A model generated the notes under the pieces. It was not told where the DNA came from and ran no database searches. It saw only the letters and a program-made list of their open reading frames with translations. A DNA stretch of 64,000 nucleotides from Prevotella sp. GTDB lineage: Bacteria; Bacteroidota; Bacteroidia; Bacteroidales; Bacteroidaceae. The stretch spans positions 63,151 to 127,150 of the forward strand of contig JBHAEQ010000035.1 in the NCBI GenBank assembly GCA_041855685.1, given 5' to 3'. Each line of letters starts with the position of its first letter. Position 1 is the stretch's first letter. Positions 19,666 to 29,044 of this stretch are shown here, piece after piece. The translations under genes and the position numbers were made by a program.

Positions 19666-21378
19666 ATGACAATGAAACAATTTTCTATTCTTTGTTCCCT
19701 CTTTCTCTCCTTATATATAAATAATGTGATAGCAGGAGACATTAAGGGCAATGACATACATTTCCTACGGCAAGAACAAAGCATGATAAACATCACTGCT
19801 CAGAGTGAGTATCTACTCATACCAGTAGAAGAAGCGCAAGAGAACAGCCACATAAGAGTGATACAAAACAATAACTGCATCAAGGAGTTCAATGTAAAAT
19901 TAGCAGTCAATCGCATTGATTATTATGTACCTCTGCTGCTCAACATCCTTGGTAGTAAAGATGCTATCTTAGATATTCACCTTAACAATAACAATGCAAA
20001 AGGTGTAGATACAAAGGATTTTATATGCTGGAAAGAACTCAAGTATTCAAGTACTTTTGACACAACAAATATAGAAAAGTACCGTCCTGCTTATCATCAC
20101 ACCCCGTTGTGGGGGTGGATGAACGATCCTAACGGTATGTTTTATAAAGACGGTGTGTGGCATCTGTATTATCAGTACAATCCTTATGGTTCGCAATGGG
20201 AGAATATGACATGGGGGCACTCTACTTCTACAGACCTTGTGAACTGGACCTTTGAAGGCGAAGCCATAGAGCCTGATGCTCTTGGCACTATTTTCAGCGG
20301 TTCGTGTGTAGTAGATAAAAACAATACTGCTGGATTCGGAAAAAATGCCGTTGTGGCAATGTACACATCAGCTGGTAAGAGTCAGACACAGAGCCTTGCA
20401 TATTCAGTAGATGGCGGAAAGACTTTCACGAAGTATGCTACCAATCCTGTGATAACGTCTGATGTTCCTGATTTCCGTGATCCCCACATGTTCTGGCATG
20501 AGCAAACTGGCAAGTGGATACTCATTCTTGCAGCAGGTCAACACATGGAAATATTCTCATCTGACAATCTAAAACAATGGACTTATGAGAGTAGTTTTGG
20601 CGAAGGCTATGGCAATCATGGTGGAGTGTGGGAATGTCCTGACCTCTTCCAGATAGGCAATAAGTGGTTCTTACTATGCAATATCAATCCCGGTGGTCCT
20701 TTTGGTGGTAGTGCAACGCAGTATTTTGTTGGTAGGTTTGACGGAAAGGAATTCGTATGTGAGGACTCACCGTTGGAGACGAAGTGGATGGACTATGGCA
20801 AGGACCATTATGCAACAGTTAGTTTTGACAATGCTCCGGAAGGACGTCGTGTTGTAATTCCATGGATGAGCAACTGGCAGTATGCCAACCAAGTGCCTAC
20901 GAAGCAATTTCGCTCTGCCAATGGCTTGCCTCGTGATATAAGCAGCTTTGATTACAAAGGTGAGACTTACCTCAAGATACTACCTTCAAAAGAGCTGGAT
21001 GCCATAAGAGGAACAAAGACGAATGTTCTTCATGCAACTGCAGAGATAGTAGTAACAATCAAAGGTAATACCACCATCACCCTGAGTAATGACAAAGGCG
21101 AGCAAGTAGTTATGACTTACAATGATAAGGATGAGACTTTCTCTATGGATCGCACACAGAGCGGTGATGTTAGCTTCAGCAATGACTTTCCTGTTGTTAC
21201 AACAGCTCCAACTCATGGAAAGATAAGTGCACTGCGTATATTTATAGATAATAGCAGTATAGAAGTGTTTGACACTGGGGGTAAGATGGTAATGACCAAT
21301 CTTGTATTTCCCACCTCGCCTTATAATAAGCTAAGCACCACGGGCAAGGCTAAGGCTATGATATATGACATTAAATAA
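19666..21378 (+). CDS. GH32 beta-fructofuranosidase / exo-fructanase with N-terminal DUF4980-like domain
   Basis: Catalytic motifs WMNDPNG, FRDP and WECP; signal peptide. Confidence 0.95.
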   Translation: MTMKQFSILCSLFLSLYINNVIAGDIKGNDIHFLRQEQSMINITAQSEYLLIPVEEAQENSHIRVIQNNNCIKEFNVKLAVNRIDYYVPLLLNILGSKDAILDIHLNNNNAKGVDTKDFICWKELKYSSTFDTTNIEKYRPAYHHTPLWGWMNDPNGMFYKDGVWHLYYQYNPYGSQWENMTWGHSTSTDLVNWTFEGEAIEPDALGTIFSGSCVVDKNNTAGFGKNAVVAMYTSAGKSQTQSLAYSVDGGKTFTKYATNPVITSDVPDFRDPHMFWHEQTGKWILILAAGQHMEIFSSDNLKQWTYESSFGEGYGNHGGVWECPDLFQIGNKWFLLCNINPGGPFGGSATQYFVGRFDGKEFVCEDSPLETKWMDYGKDHYATVSFDNAPEGRRVVIPWMSNWQYANQVPTKQFRSANGLPRDISSFDYKGETYLKILPSKELDAIRGTKTNVLHATAEIVVTIKGNTTITLSNDKGEQVVMTYNDKDETFSMDRTQSGDVSFSNDFPVVTTAPTHGKISALRIFIDNSSIEVFDTGGKMVMTNLVFPTSPYNKLSTTGKAKAMIYDIK

Positions 21379-21406
21379 TAACTAAACCTATAAATATCCT
21401 TTAACA

Positions 21407-22564
21407 ATGAGTAAGAATAATAAATTCGCTATCATCGTTGTAATGTTCTGCTTCTTCACAATGGGCTTTGTTGACCTTGTGGGAATTGCTAGCAATTATG
21501 TGAAGGAAGATCTTCAATTGAGCGACTCTGTGGCTAACATCTTTCCTTCGTTGGTCTTCTTCTGGTTTCTAATCTTCAGTGTGCCCACAGGCATTTTGAT
21601 GAACCGTATTGGCAGGAAGAAGACAGTACTTTTGTCTCTTGTAGTGACTGTACTGTCGCTCATGTTACCACTATTCGGCAAGTCGTTCATAGTTATGCTT
21701 CTTGCATTCTCGCTGCTTGGCATAGGTAATGCTTTGATGCAGACATCGCTCAATCCTCTTGTGACAACGGTATTTGGAGGTGGAAGGAATCTTGCTTCCA
21801 CTCTCACCTTCGGACAATTCATAAAGGCGATTGCATCATTTCTTGCACCTTATCTTGCCATGTGGGGTGCAATAGGGATTATTCCCACATTAGGACTTGA
21901 CTGGCGAGCACTCTTTGCCGTTTATTTTGTAGTGGGAACTATTGCCACAGCTCTTCTTGCTGTCACTCCCATCACAGAAACACCCATCGAGGGCAAAGCA
22001 TCGAGCATTATGGACTGTCTGCGGCTGCTGGGCAAACCTATAGTACTGTTGACATTCCTTGGTATAATGTGTCATGTGGGCATTGATGTAGGTACGAATA
22101 CCACTGCTCCTAAGATTCTGATAGAACGTCTTGGAATGACTCTTAACGAAGCTGCATTCGCAACATCGCTTTATTTTATATTCCGCACGGTGGGCTGTCT
22201 CACAGGAAGTTTCTTCCTCAGAATCCTGCATACTCGTACTTTCTTCATTGTGTCGGTATTGATGATGGCTTTGTCAATGGCAGGACTGTTCTTTGGTACA
22301 AGTAAACTTGTGCTTTATACTGCCATTGCACTTGTGGGATACGGCAACTCTAATATATTCTCGATGTGCTTTGCCAATGCCCTGCAATCTGTGCCTGACA
22401 AGCAGAACGAAGTTAGCGGACTGATGATTATGGGACTGTTTGGTGGTACGATATTCCCACTTGTAATGGGATTTGCAAGCGATGCCATCGGACAGGCTGG
22501 AGCAGTGTTGGTAATGCTCATGGGAGTGGTATATTTGTTTACTTATATTAATAAATTGAAATAG
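21407..22564 (+). CDS. MFS sugar (fructose) permease
   Basis: About 12 hydrophobic segments, GILMNRIGRKKT MFS loop motif; lies between GH32 and fructokinase. Confidence 0.9.
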   Translation: MSKNNKFAIIVVMFCFFTMGFVDLVGIASNYVKEDLQLSDSVANIFPSLVFFWFLIFSVPTGILMNRIGRKKTVLLSLVVTVLSLMLPLFGKSFIVMLLAFSLLGIGNALMQTSLNPLVTTVFGGGRNLASTLTFGQFIKAIASFLAPYLAMWGAIGIIPTLGLDWRALFAVYFVVGTIATALLAVTPITETPIEGKASSIMDCLRLLGKPIVLLTFLGIMCHVGIDVGTNTTAPKILIERLGMTLNEAAFATSLYFIFRTVGCLTGSFFLRILHTRTFFIVSVLMMALSMAGLFFGTSKLVLYTAIALVGYGNSNIFSMCFANALQSVPDKQNEVSGLMIMGLFGGTIFPLVMGFASDAIGQAGAVLVMLMGVVYLFTYINKLK

Positions 22565-22567
22565 TGT

Positions 22568-23443
22568 ATGAAATATGTAATAGGAATAGGTGAAGCTCTT
22601 TTCGACTGTCTTCCTGAAGGAAAGAAACTCGGTGGAGCGCCGGCAAACTTCGCTTATATGGCAGGTCAGTTCGGACTTGACACCATGGCTGTAAGTGCAA
22701 TTGGAGATGATGAGTTAGGGCATGAAATACAAAGGCAACTTGGAGAGAAGCACCTTAACTCAGAGCTTGCAATTGTGCCTTTTGAAACAGGTTCTGTGCA
22801 GGTAACACTTGATGCAGCGGGTATTCCTCAATATGTCATTAAAGAAAACGTGGCATGGGATAATGTGCCTTATACTGACAAATTGAAGAGGATAGCACAA
22901 AATACACATGCTGTGTGTTTTGGCTCGCTGGCGCAGCGCAGTCTGACGACACGCCAGACAATAAAGTCATTTCTTGATGATATGCCTGATGATGAATCTG
23001 TACTGAAGATTTTCGATATCAACCTGCGTCAGAACTTTTATTCAAAGGAGGTTATAGAGGAAAGCCTACAGAAGTGTAACATTCTAAAGATAAACGACGA
23101 GGAACTAACCATTCTTGCTGATATGTACTCGTGGAATTGTATTAGTTTCAAGGACCAATGCTGGATTCTGCTTGCCAAGTATGCATTGAAAATGCTTATT
23201 CTTACCTGCGGTACAGATGGTAGTTATGTCTTTACACCTGGTGGAGTATCATTCCAACCAACTCCTAAGGTTGATGTGGCTGACACTGTTGGAGCTGGTG
23301 ATTCGTTTACAGGCTCGTTTGTAGCTTCGATTTTGAAAGGTAAGACTGTAGCCGAAGCACATCAAAGGGCTGTAGAAGTAAGTGCTTTTGTGTGCACACA
23401 AGACGGAGCTATGCCTGTGTTGCCGCAGAACTTACTTTTTTAA
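22568..23443 (+). CDS. PfkB-family carbohydrate kinase (fructokinase)
   Basis: GGAPANF and DTVGAGDSF PfkB signatures; fructan PUL context. Confidence 0.92.
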   Translation: MKYVIGIGEALFDCLPEGKKLGGAPANFAYMAGQFGLDTMAVSAIGDDELGHEIQRQLGEKHLNSELAIVPFETGSVQVTLDAAGIPQYVIKENVAWDNVPYTDKLKRIAQNTHAVCFGSLAQRSLTTRQTIKSFLDDMPDDESVLKIFDINLRQNFYSKEVIEESLQKCNILKINDEELTILADMYSWNCISFKDQCWILLAKYALKMLILTCGTDGSYVFTPGGVSFQPTPKVDVADTVGAGDSFTGSFVASILKGKTVAEAHQRAVEVSAFVCTQDGAMPVLPQNLLF

Positions 23444-23448
23444 CTGTA

Positions 23449-23526
23449 TAAAAAAGGAGGCTGCCTTCACAGGCAGCCTTCCTATATTTTTTAGTTAATT
23501 AAGGTACGATTGTAAATCAGGATAAC
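23449..23526 (-). ncRNA. Candidate ~78-nt small RNA
   Basis: Minus-strand -7 box TACCTTTG (23538-23531) and CTTG 20 nt upstream; predicted +1 at G23526; ends in the hairpin plus U6; no ORF inside. Confidence 0.55.
23451..23490. terminator. Bidirectional intrinsic terminator
   Basis: GGAGGCTGCCT-tcac-AGGCAGCCTTCC hairpin with an A-run on the left and a T-run on the right. Confidence 0.88.
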
Positions 23527-23804
23527 GATGCAAAGGTATGCATTTAATTTGGTTTTTGCAAGAAAAAAATAGAACTTTTTTGATGGCGTTTGGTTGTGTG
23601 CGTACACAACTTGATATTTTAACAATTAGGAAAGAACAACACCTGAAAATATCTCTATTATTGATATAAAACAAAAAGTTTTGTTGTAAGCTTATCCACC
23701 TTTCCATTCGTTCTTTTTCCGGCAGTTCGTCCATTTTTATCGGCTCAGTCGAAATTTAGTGTGGGAGCTTTCAACTTGAGTTTAAGGAGTTAAGAGGTTA
23801 GAGA

Positions 23805-23830
23805 GTAGGGACATACCCTGTGTCTGTCCG
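23805..23830. repeat. REP-like element (GTAG + GGACA...TGTCC hairpin)
   Basis: GTAGGGACATACCCTGTGTCTGTCCG; the GTAG tetranucleotide before a short palindrome is the REP signature. Confidence 0.5.
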
Positions 23831-24112
23831 CACAGAAACAATAAAATCGGGAATAATATTGACATAAAGGAAGATTAGGAGAATTGGTGGTTCATGATTT
23901 GGTTGTTTGGTCGTTTAGTTGTTCGTGTTTTAGCGGACAACAATAAAACTATTTATTCTCCATTAAATTTCGAATGAGCCTTTTATCCCAAATCTCATTA
24001 TATTCCGAACTGATATGCGGATGCAAGCAGTCGGGCAAGCCTGTAGATAAAAGCATAAGAATTAAGTCTGTAGTCTAATGACTGGTTTGGGGGTAATTTG
24101 ATTGCTATGTAC

Positions 24113-24148
24113 AAAAAACCGCAACACCAATTTTTACAGGTATTGCGG
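24113..24148 (-). terminator. Intrinsic terminator of the rluD-ddl operon
   Basis: Minus-strand hairpin CCGCAAUACC...GGUGUUGCGG followed by U6, 64 nt after the ddl stop. Confidence 0.8.
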
Positions 24149-24211
24149 AATGTTTTTATGTTCTCAGTTTTAACCTCTGGTAATAAAACTTTAGATTTCG
24201 CTTTTCTTTGC

Positions 24212-25204
24212 CTATTCCTCAAATTGATTTTCTACAATCTCGGTCAATACATCTTTTATATCCAATCCTGCCGCTTTCACCTGCTGAGGTATGAATGAGG
24301 TTATTGTCATGCCCGGGGTGGTGTTTATTTCAAGCATGTTGATTTTGTCTTGTCCATCGGCATCTTTTGATATTATATAGTCCACACGTATTATTCCATT
24401 GGCATGTAAGATGTCGTAGATGCGACTTGTCTCCTTTGCCACGCGTTCTGCGGTATCAGACGATAGTCTTGCAGGAGTTATTTCTTCCACCTGTCCGTTG
24501 TATTTTGCATCATAGTCGAAAAACTCATTGTCGGTTACAACTTCAGTTGCAGGCAGTACAACAGTTTTATTGCGAGTTTTATAAGCTCCTTGTGATATTT
24601 CTACTCCTTCGATAAAACTCTCAATCATAACCTCGTCACTTTCGGAGAAAGCCAGGCGCAGTGCTTCGTCAATGTCGTCAATACTTTTAACCTTGCTCAC
24701 TCCAAAGCTGGAACCGTCAGCGGCCGGCTTTACGAAACATGGCAATCCCAGTCTGTCTATAATCTCCTCATTGGAAGGACGGGTATCACCGTTGCGAACC
24801 AGAATCGACTCTGCGACGTTTACATTAAAAGCTTTGAGATAATTATTTAGGGCGAACTTGTCGAAGGTGAGAGCTTCAACCAACACTCCACTGGTGGAGT
24901 AGGGTTTACCCAGAAGTTCAAAATAGCCTTGTAGTACACCATTTTCGCCTGGTGCTCCATGCACGGTTATATAAACATAATCAAACTCATGCTTCACACC
25001 TTCAATCTCATAGCTGAAATCATTAAGATTTATCGGTGCACGTCTGTTGTCATCAAGGTGTACCTGCCAGTCGAGTCCTCGTATTTCTACAATTTTTACA
25101 TCATAGCGCTGTTTGTCGAAAAAAGAATAAAGGCCTGCGCCTGAGCGCATTGATACACCATACTCTGATGAATCGCCTCCACAAATAATTGCTATATTCC
25201 TCAT
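24212..25204 (-). CDS. ddl: D-alanine--D-alanine ligase
   Basis: MRNIAIICGGDSSE, VHGAPGENG, FVKPAADGSSFGV and LEINTTPGMT; start at ATG 25204. Confidence 0.96.
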   Translation of the reverse strand: MRNIAIICGGDSSEYGVSMRSGAGLYSFFDKQRYDVKIVEIRGLDWQVHLDDNRRAPINLNDFSYEIEGVKHEFDYVYITVHGAPGENGVLQGYFELLGKPYSTSGVLVEALTFDKFALNNYLKAFNVNVAESILVRNGDTRPSNEEIIDRLGLPCFVKPAADGSSFGVSKVKSIDDIDEALRLAFSESDEVMIESFIEGVEISQGAYKTRNKTVVLPATEVVTDNEFFDYDAKYNGQVEEITPARLSSDTAERVAKETSRIYDILHANGIIRVDYIISKDADGQDKINMLEINTTPGMTITSFIPQQVKAAGLDIKDVLTEIVENQFEE

Positions 25205-25223
25205 ATTTATATAATAAACCTTA

Positions 25224-26267
25224 TTAAAATGCCACTCCAAGTACTACGCCACATTCTTTGTTGGAGAAGTTGGCCGCAATCTGGAAGTGCTTGTATTCAT
25301 ACGCTGTTCTTATTCCTGCAATAAAGTATGTGTTGCTTTCAAGTACTTTGCTTCTGTAGCCTTTAATTTTTGATTCCCCTCCAAGTACACCGATGTATGG
25401 CGTGAAAACCATGCGGCTACAAATGTTACCGTATCTGAAAGCAGGACCTGCTTTGAAGACGAATATTTGCTGAAGATAGTCATCTTCCGTATGACTTCCA
25501 ACGCCACAACCCAAATATAGCCCTTTGAGAGTAGTGTCAAGCAGAACCATGTTTATAGGCATGCGTCGTGAGAAATCATTACCTCCAAAGCGTGAATACA
25601 TGTGCCCCATGCCAAAAGCCAAAGATGTTGTATTGTTCCAACCAAAGATGTTGTGCCGCAGTTTTGTATCGCCAAATATTGTTTTACTGGTTATTTTAGG
25701 CAAGGACTTGTCTTTTCTGTCGCTTTTAAGGCTTGCGCAGGTTTCACCTACTGCCAAGGCAAATCTATTGCTCTTTGTGTGTACGTTATATGTCTCGCCT
25801 TCCATAAAGAATGTCAGAGAGGTTACTTTTCCACCTACAATGTTGAGCAGAGCGTCTTGTGATATTTCATATTGAGGGCACACCTGTTCGTACTGAAAGG
25901 AATATCCAAATGGAATAAAACCGTACAAAAATAAGAATGATTGTTTTTCCTTGGTTAAATCATAGTTTTTATTGCAGTTAAGAACAATCTCTTTCCCGTC
26001 TTCAAATTTCACAGCCAATTGCTCTCCTATTGCAATATTTCCAACTCCTTTTCTGTCTTTGATGATGAAACAGAGTGTGTGTATGGTATCAATTTTGTTG
26101 ACCATGGTGTTGAGCTGCACAGTGCATAGTGAATTTTTCCTATCCCATACTGTCACATTCTCTGATGTCAATTTGGTGTGGGACGTGTTCGTATTAGGCA
26201 CCTCTTCTTGTGCTGATAGGAAAGTTGAACTTATCACAGCAAATAGAAAAAAAATAAACTTTTTCAT
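25224..26267 (-). CDS. Hypothetical exported protein, probably two domains with a C-terminal beta-strand-rich part
   Basis: 347-aa ORF with signal peptide, overlapping the rluD stop; no family recognised. Confidence 0.7.
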   Translation of the reverse strand: MKKFIFFLFAVISSTFLSAQEEVPNTNTSHTKLTSENVTVWDRKNSLCTVQLNTMVNKIDTIHTLCFIIKDRKGVGNIAIGEQLAVKFEDGKEIVLNCNKNYDLTKEKQSFLFLYGFIPFGYSFQYEQVCPQYEISQDALLNIVGGKVTSLTFFMEGETYNVHTKSNRFALAVGETCASLKSDRKDKSLPKITSKTIFGDTKLRHNIFGWNNTTSLAFGMGHMYSRFGGNDFSRRMPINMVLLDTTLKGLYLGCGVGSHTEDDYLQQIFVFKAGPAFRYGNICSRMVFTPYIGVLGGESKIKGYRSKVLESNTYFIAGIRTAYEYKHFQIAANFSNKECGVVLGVAF

Positions 26268-27334
26268 TTTTCAAATGTATCTCTTGTCGTTCCTTTTACG
26301 TAGTTCCGCCATTTTTCTATAAGCAGGCTTAAGTCGTCAGGTGGCTCAGAAGTGAAATCCATCTGCTGTTTAGTCTTTGGGTGCACAAATCCTAATGTGC
26401 GTGCATGTAATGCTTGACGGGGACAAAGTTCAAAGCAGTTCTTTATGAATGAGCGGTATGTACTACTTCTCTCGCCTCTTAACATCTCCATTCCGCCATA
26501 TCTCTCATCTCCGAAGAGAGGATGACCAATGTGCCGCATGTGAGCTCTTATCTGGTGGGTTCTGCCAGTTTCGAGTATGCATTCTACAAGTGTCACATAA
26601 CCGAAGCGTTCTATTACCTTGTAGTGTGTTACTGCCGGCTTTCCTATATCAGAATCTGGCTCTGCCACTGTCATGCGCAGGCGGTCCTTTGGGTCGCGTG
26701 TTATATTTCCCTCTATGGTTCCGCTGTCTTCAACAAAATGTCCCCATACAAGTGCGTTGTATGAGCGGTGTGTTGTTTTGTTGAAGAACTGTGCACCGAG
26801 CGACGTCTTAGCTTCAGGTGTCTTTGCGACAACCAGCAGCCCTGATGTGTCCTTGTCTATACGGTGTACAAGACCGACTTCCGGGTCGTTAGGGTCGTAT
26901 GAAGGAACATCTTTCATGTAATATGCCAATGCATTGACAAGTGTTCCTGTAAAGTTGCCTACTCCCGGGTGCACAACAAGTCCTGCGGGTTTGTTTATAA
27001 CCAACAGTTCACTGTCTTCGTAAACAATGTCAAGAGGAATGTTCTCCGGCAGAATAGAAGTGTCGTGGCGTGGACGGTCAAGCATGAGCGTTACTACATC
27101 TCCTGCTCTCACCTTGTAATTGCTCTTCACAACTTGGTCGTTGACATGAACGAACCCTGCATCGGCAGCTTTCTGTATGCGGTTGCGCGATGAATGTTGC
27201 AATTTCTCAACCATGAACTTATCAACTCTTACAGGAGTCTGCCCAGGGTCTGCAACAAGTCGGAAATGCTCATAGAGTTGCTGTTGCTCGTCTTCAACCA
27301 GCTCCTCTGTATCTAAAAATATATTGTTGTCCAT
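26264..27334 (-). CDS. rluD: RluA-family 23S rRNA pseudouridine synthase with S4 domain
   Basis: VINKPAG, VHRIDKDTSG, TGRTHQIRAH and RQALHA. Confidence 0.95.
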   Translation of the reverse strand: MDNNIFLDTEELVEDEQQQLYEHFRLVADPGQTPVRVDKFMVEKLQHSSRNRIQKAADAGFVHVNDQVVKSNYKVRAGDVVTLMLDRPRHDTSILPENIPLDIVYEDSELLVINKPAGLVVHPGVGNFTGTLVNALAYYMKDVPSYDPNDPEVGLVHRIDKDTSGLLVVAKTPEAKTSLGAQFFNKTTHRSYNALVWGHFVEDSGTIEGNITRDPKDRLRMTVAEPDSDIGKPAVTHYKVIERFGYVTLVECILETGRTHQIRAHMRHIGHPLFGDERYGGMEMLRGERSSTYRSFIKNCFELCPRQALHARTLGFVHPKTKQQMDFTSEPPDDLSLLIEKWRNYVKGTTRDTFEK

Positions 27335-28002
27335 TAAGGTATTTCCTCGAAATCATCAATATCGCCGTTCTGACTGTCGTAATCGTAATTATTACTATTG
27401 TCGCCGCTGACATTATGATCGATGTAATGAATTGAGTCGGTTTCAGAAAGAGAACCGTTACCTACTTGAATAATAAGAGTTTTGTTTATGGAAATCTTAT
27501 CGCCCGATACTACCTGATAGCCATCGACGGTAACTCCATAAACCCAGTCTTTTTCTCCTGTAACATATTGTGGATTGCCAACTTTGAAGCCCATAGCCTT
27601 TAGTTTAGCCGTAGCCTCACGCAAAGAACTGTTCTGCACAACATCAGGCAGAGTAAGTGTAGGTGTACTTGATGCATTTACTGTAATTGTGATTGTATGA
27701 CCTTCCTTCACTTTAGAACCTGCAATAGGTTTCTGCTCAAGTACACAGTCGGCAGGAAGTTCCTTGACATATCCAGTGTCAATTACTTCAATGTTAAGTT
27801 TGGCTTCTGTTATAATGCGTCTGGCTTCCGTCATCGACTTATGTGTGAGATTAGGAATCTCTACAGCCTGTCCATGCTTTGTATATATGTTAAGACCTAT
27901 CTTTACAGCAAAGACAAGCGCAGCAACTACAGCCGCCATGGCAAGCAAATTGCCCCAAAGGTAAAGACTGCAAAACTTTTTCATGAATTCTGATGTCGTC
28001 AT
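27334..28002 (-). CDS. PASTA domain membrane protein
   Basis: N-terminal TM, then PASTA repeats (IPNLTHKS, VLEQKPIAG, LPDVV). Confidence 0.88.
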   Translation of the reverse strand: MTTSEFMKKFCSLYLWGNLLAMAAVVAALVFAVKIGLNIYTKHGQAVEIPNLTHKSMTEARRIITEAKLNIEVIDTGYVKELPADCVLEQKPIAGSKVKEGHTITITVNASSTPTLTLPDVVQNSSLREATAKLKAMGFKVGNPQYVTGEKDWVYGVTVDGYQVVSGDKISINKTLIIQVGNGSLSETDSIHYIDHNVSGDNSNNYDYDSQNGDIDDFEEIP

Positions 28003-28029
28003 AAACTAAAGAAGATACCGCTTATTAAA

Positions 28030-28073
28030 CAAAAAGCAGCTCTCAGGCTGGTAAAGACTGATGCTGCTTTTTG
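28030..28073 (-). terminator. Terminator after rpmH
   Basis: CAAAAAGCAGC...GCTGCTTTTTG inverted repeat. Confidence 0.7.
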
Positions 28074-28105
28074 TCGTCGTGAGTGACGTAATGCTAAGGA
28101 AAATA

Positions 28106-28261
28106 TTATTTTCCGTGATTCTCGTCTGATACTGTAAGCTTCTTGCGGCCACGAGCACGACGGCTTGCCAGTACACGACGACCATTTTTAGTTGCCATTC
28201 TCTCACGGAAGCCGTGCTTGTTTACGCGGCGACGGTTGTGTGGCTGAAATGTTCTTTTCAT
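28106..28261 (-). CDS. rpmH: 50S ribosomal protein L34
   Basis: Manual translation [51 protein letters not shown] (51 aa); too short for the ORF track. Confidence 0.98.
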   Translation of the reverse strand: MKRTFQPHNRRRVNKHGFRERMATKNGRRVLASRRARGRKKLTVSDENHGK

Positions 28262-28332
28262 CTTCTTATATATTTATTGTTATTATGCATGGGTTAATGG
28301 AAATGATTTCGCAACCATTCCGATTTGGACTG

Positions 28333-28432
28333 CAAAATTAATCATTTCTTTTGAAACAACCAAGAATTCTTTGAAAATTAGTCACTTTTCTGTATTTTTT
28401 TTCATATATGACAAAGATTATTAGTAACTTTG
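28333..28432. promoter_or_regulatory. Divergent promoters for rpmH (-, TAATTTTG 28340-28333) and efp (+, TAACTTTG 28425-28432)
   Basis: Two consensus -7 boxes facing opposite ways. Confidence 0.7.
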
Positions 28433-28477
28433 CATGCGAAATGAATAAAATCTCAAATTAAATTAAGATAATAGACA

Positions 28478-29044
28478 ATGATTGGTTCACAAGACATTAA
28501 GAAAGGTACTTGTATCCGTATGGACGGCTACATTTGGGTATGTATTGATTTTCAGCATATAAAGCCTGGTAAGGGTAATACCGTTATGCGTTGTAAGTTC
28601 AAGAATGTTGTTGATGGCAGAGTGTTGGAGCGTACTTGGAATGTTGGTTTCAAACTTGAAGACGTTGTTATTGAACATCGCGACTATCAATTCCTTTACC
28701 AAGAGGGTGAAGACTATATATTCATGAGCCTTGAGACTTTTGAACAGGCACCTATTGCTAAGGACCTTATCTCAGGTGTGGAGTATATGAAAGAAAGTGA
28801 TATCGTTACAGTTGTAAGTGATACAACTGACGGAACTGTTCTTTATGCAGAAATGCCTATAAAAACAAACCTTCGTATTGCACACAGTGAACCTGGTATT
28901 AAAGGCGATACAGCAACTAATACTTTGAAACCTGCTACATTGGAGACTGGTGCAGAGATAAGAGTACCTCTTTTCATCAATGAGGGCGATCTTATCACTG
29001 TTGACACTCGTGATGGAAGCTACGTAGGTCGTGTAAAAGAATAA
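28478..29044 (+). CDS. efp: Elongation factor P
   Basis: FQHIKPGKG, PGIKGDTA and VPLFINEGD motifs. Confidence 0.98.
   Translation: MIGSQDIKKGTCIRMDGYIWVCIDFQHIKPGKGNTVMRCKFKNVVDGRVLERTWNVGFKLEDVVIEHRDYQFLYQEGEDYIFMSLETFEQAPIAKDLISGVEYMKESDIVTVVSDTTDGTVLYAEMPIKTNLRIAHSEPGIKGDTATNTLKPATLETGAEIRVPLFINEGDLITVDTRDGSYVGRVKE

Noticed and set aside
23495-23734. 79-aa minus-strand ORF
   Set aside because: It runs through a consensus promoter and AT-rich intergenic DNA and has no protein-like composition.
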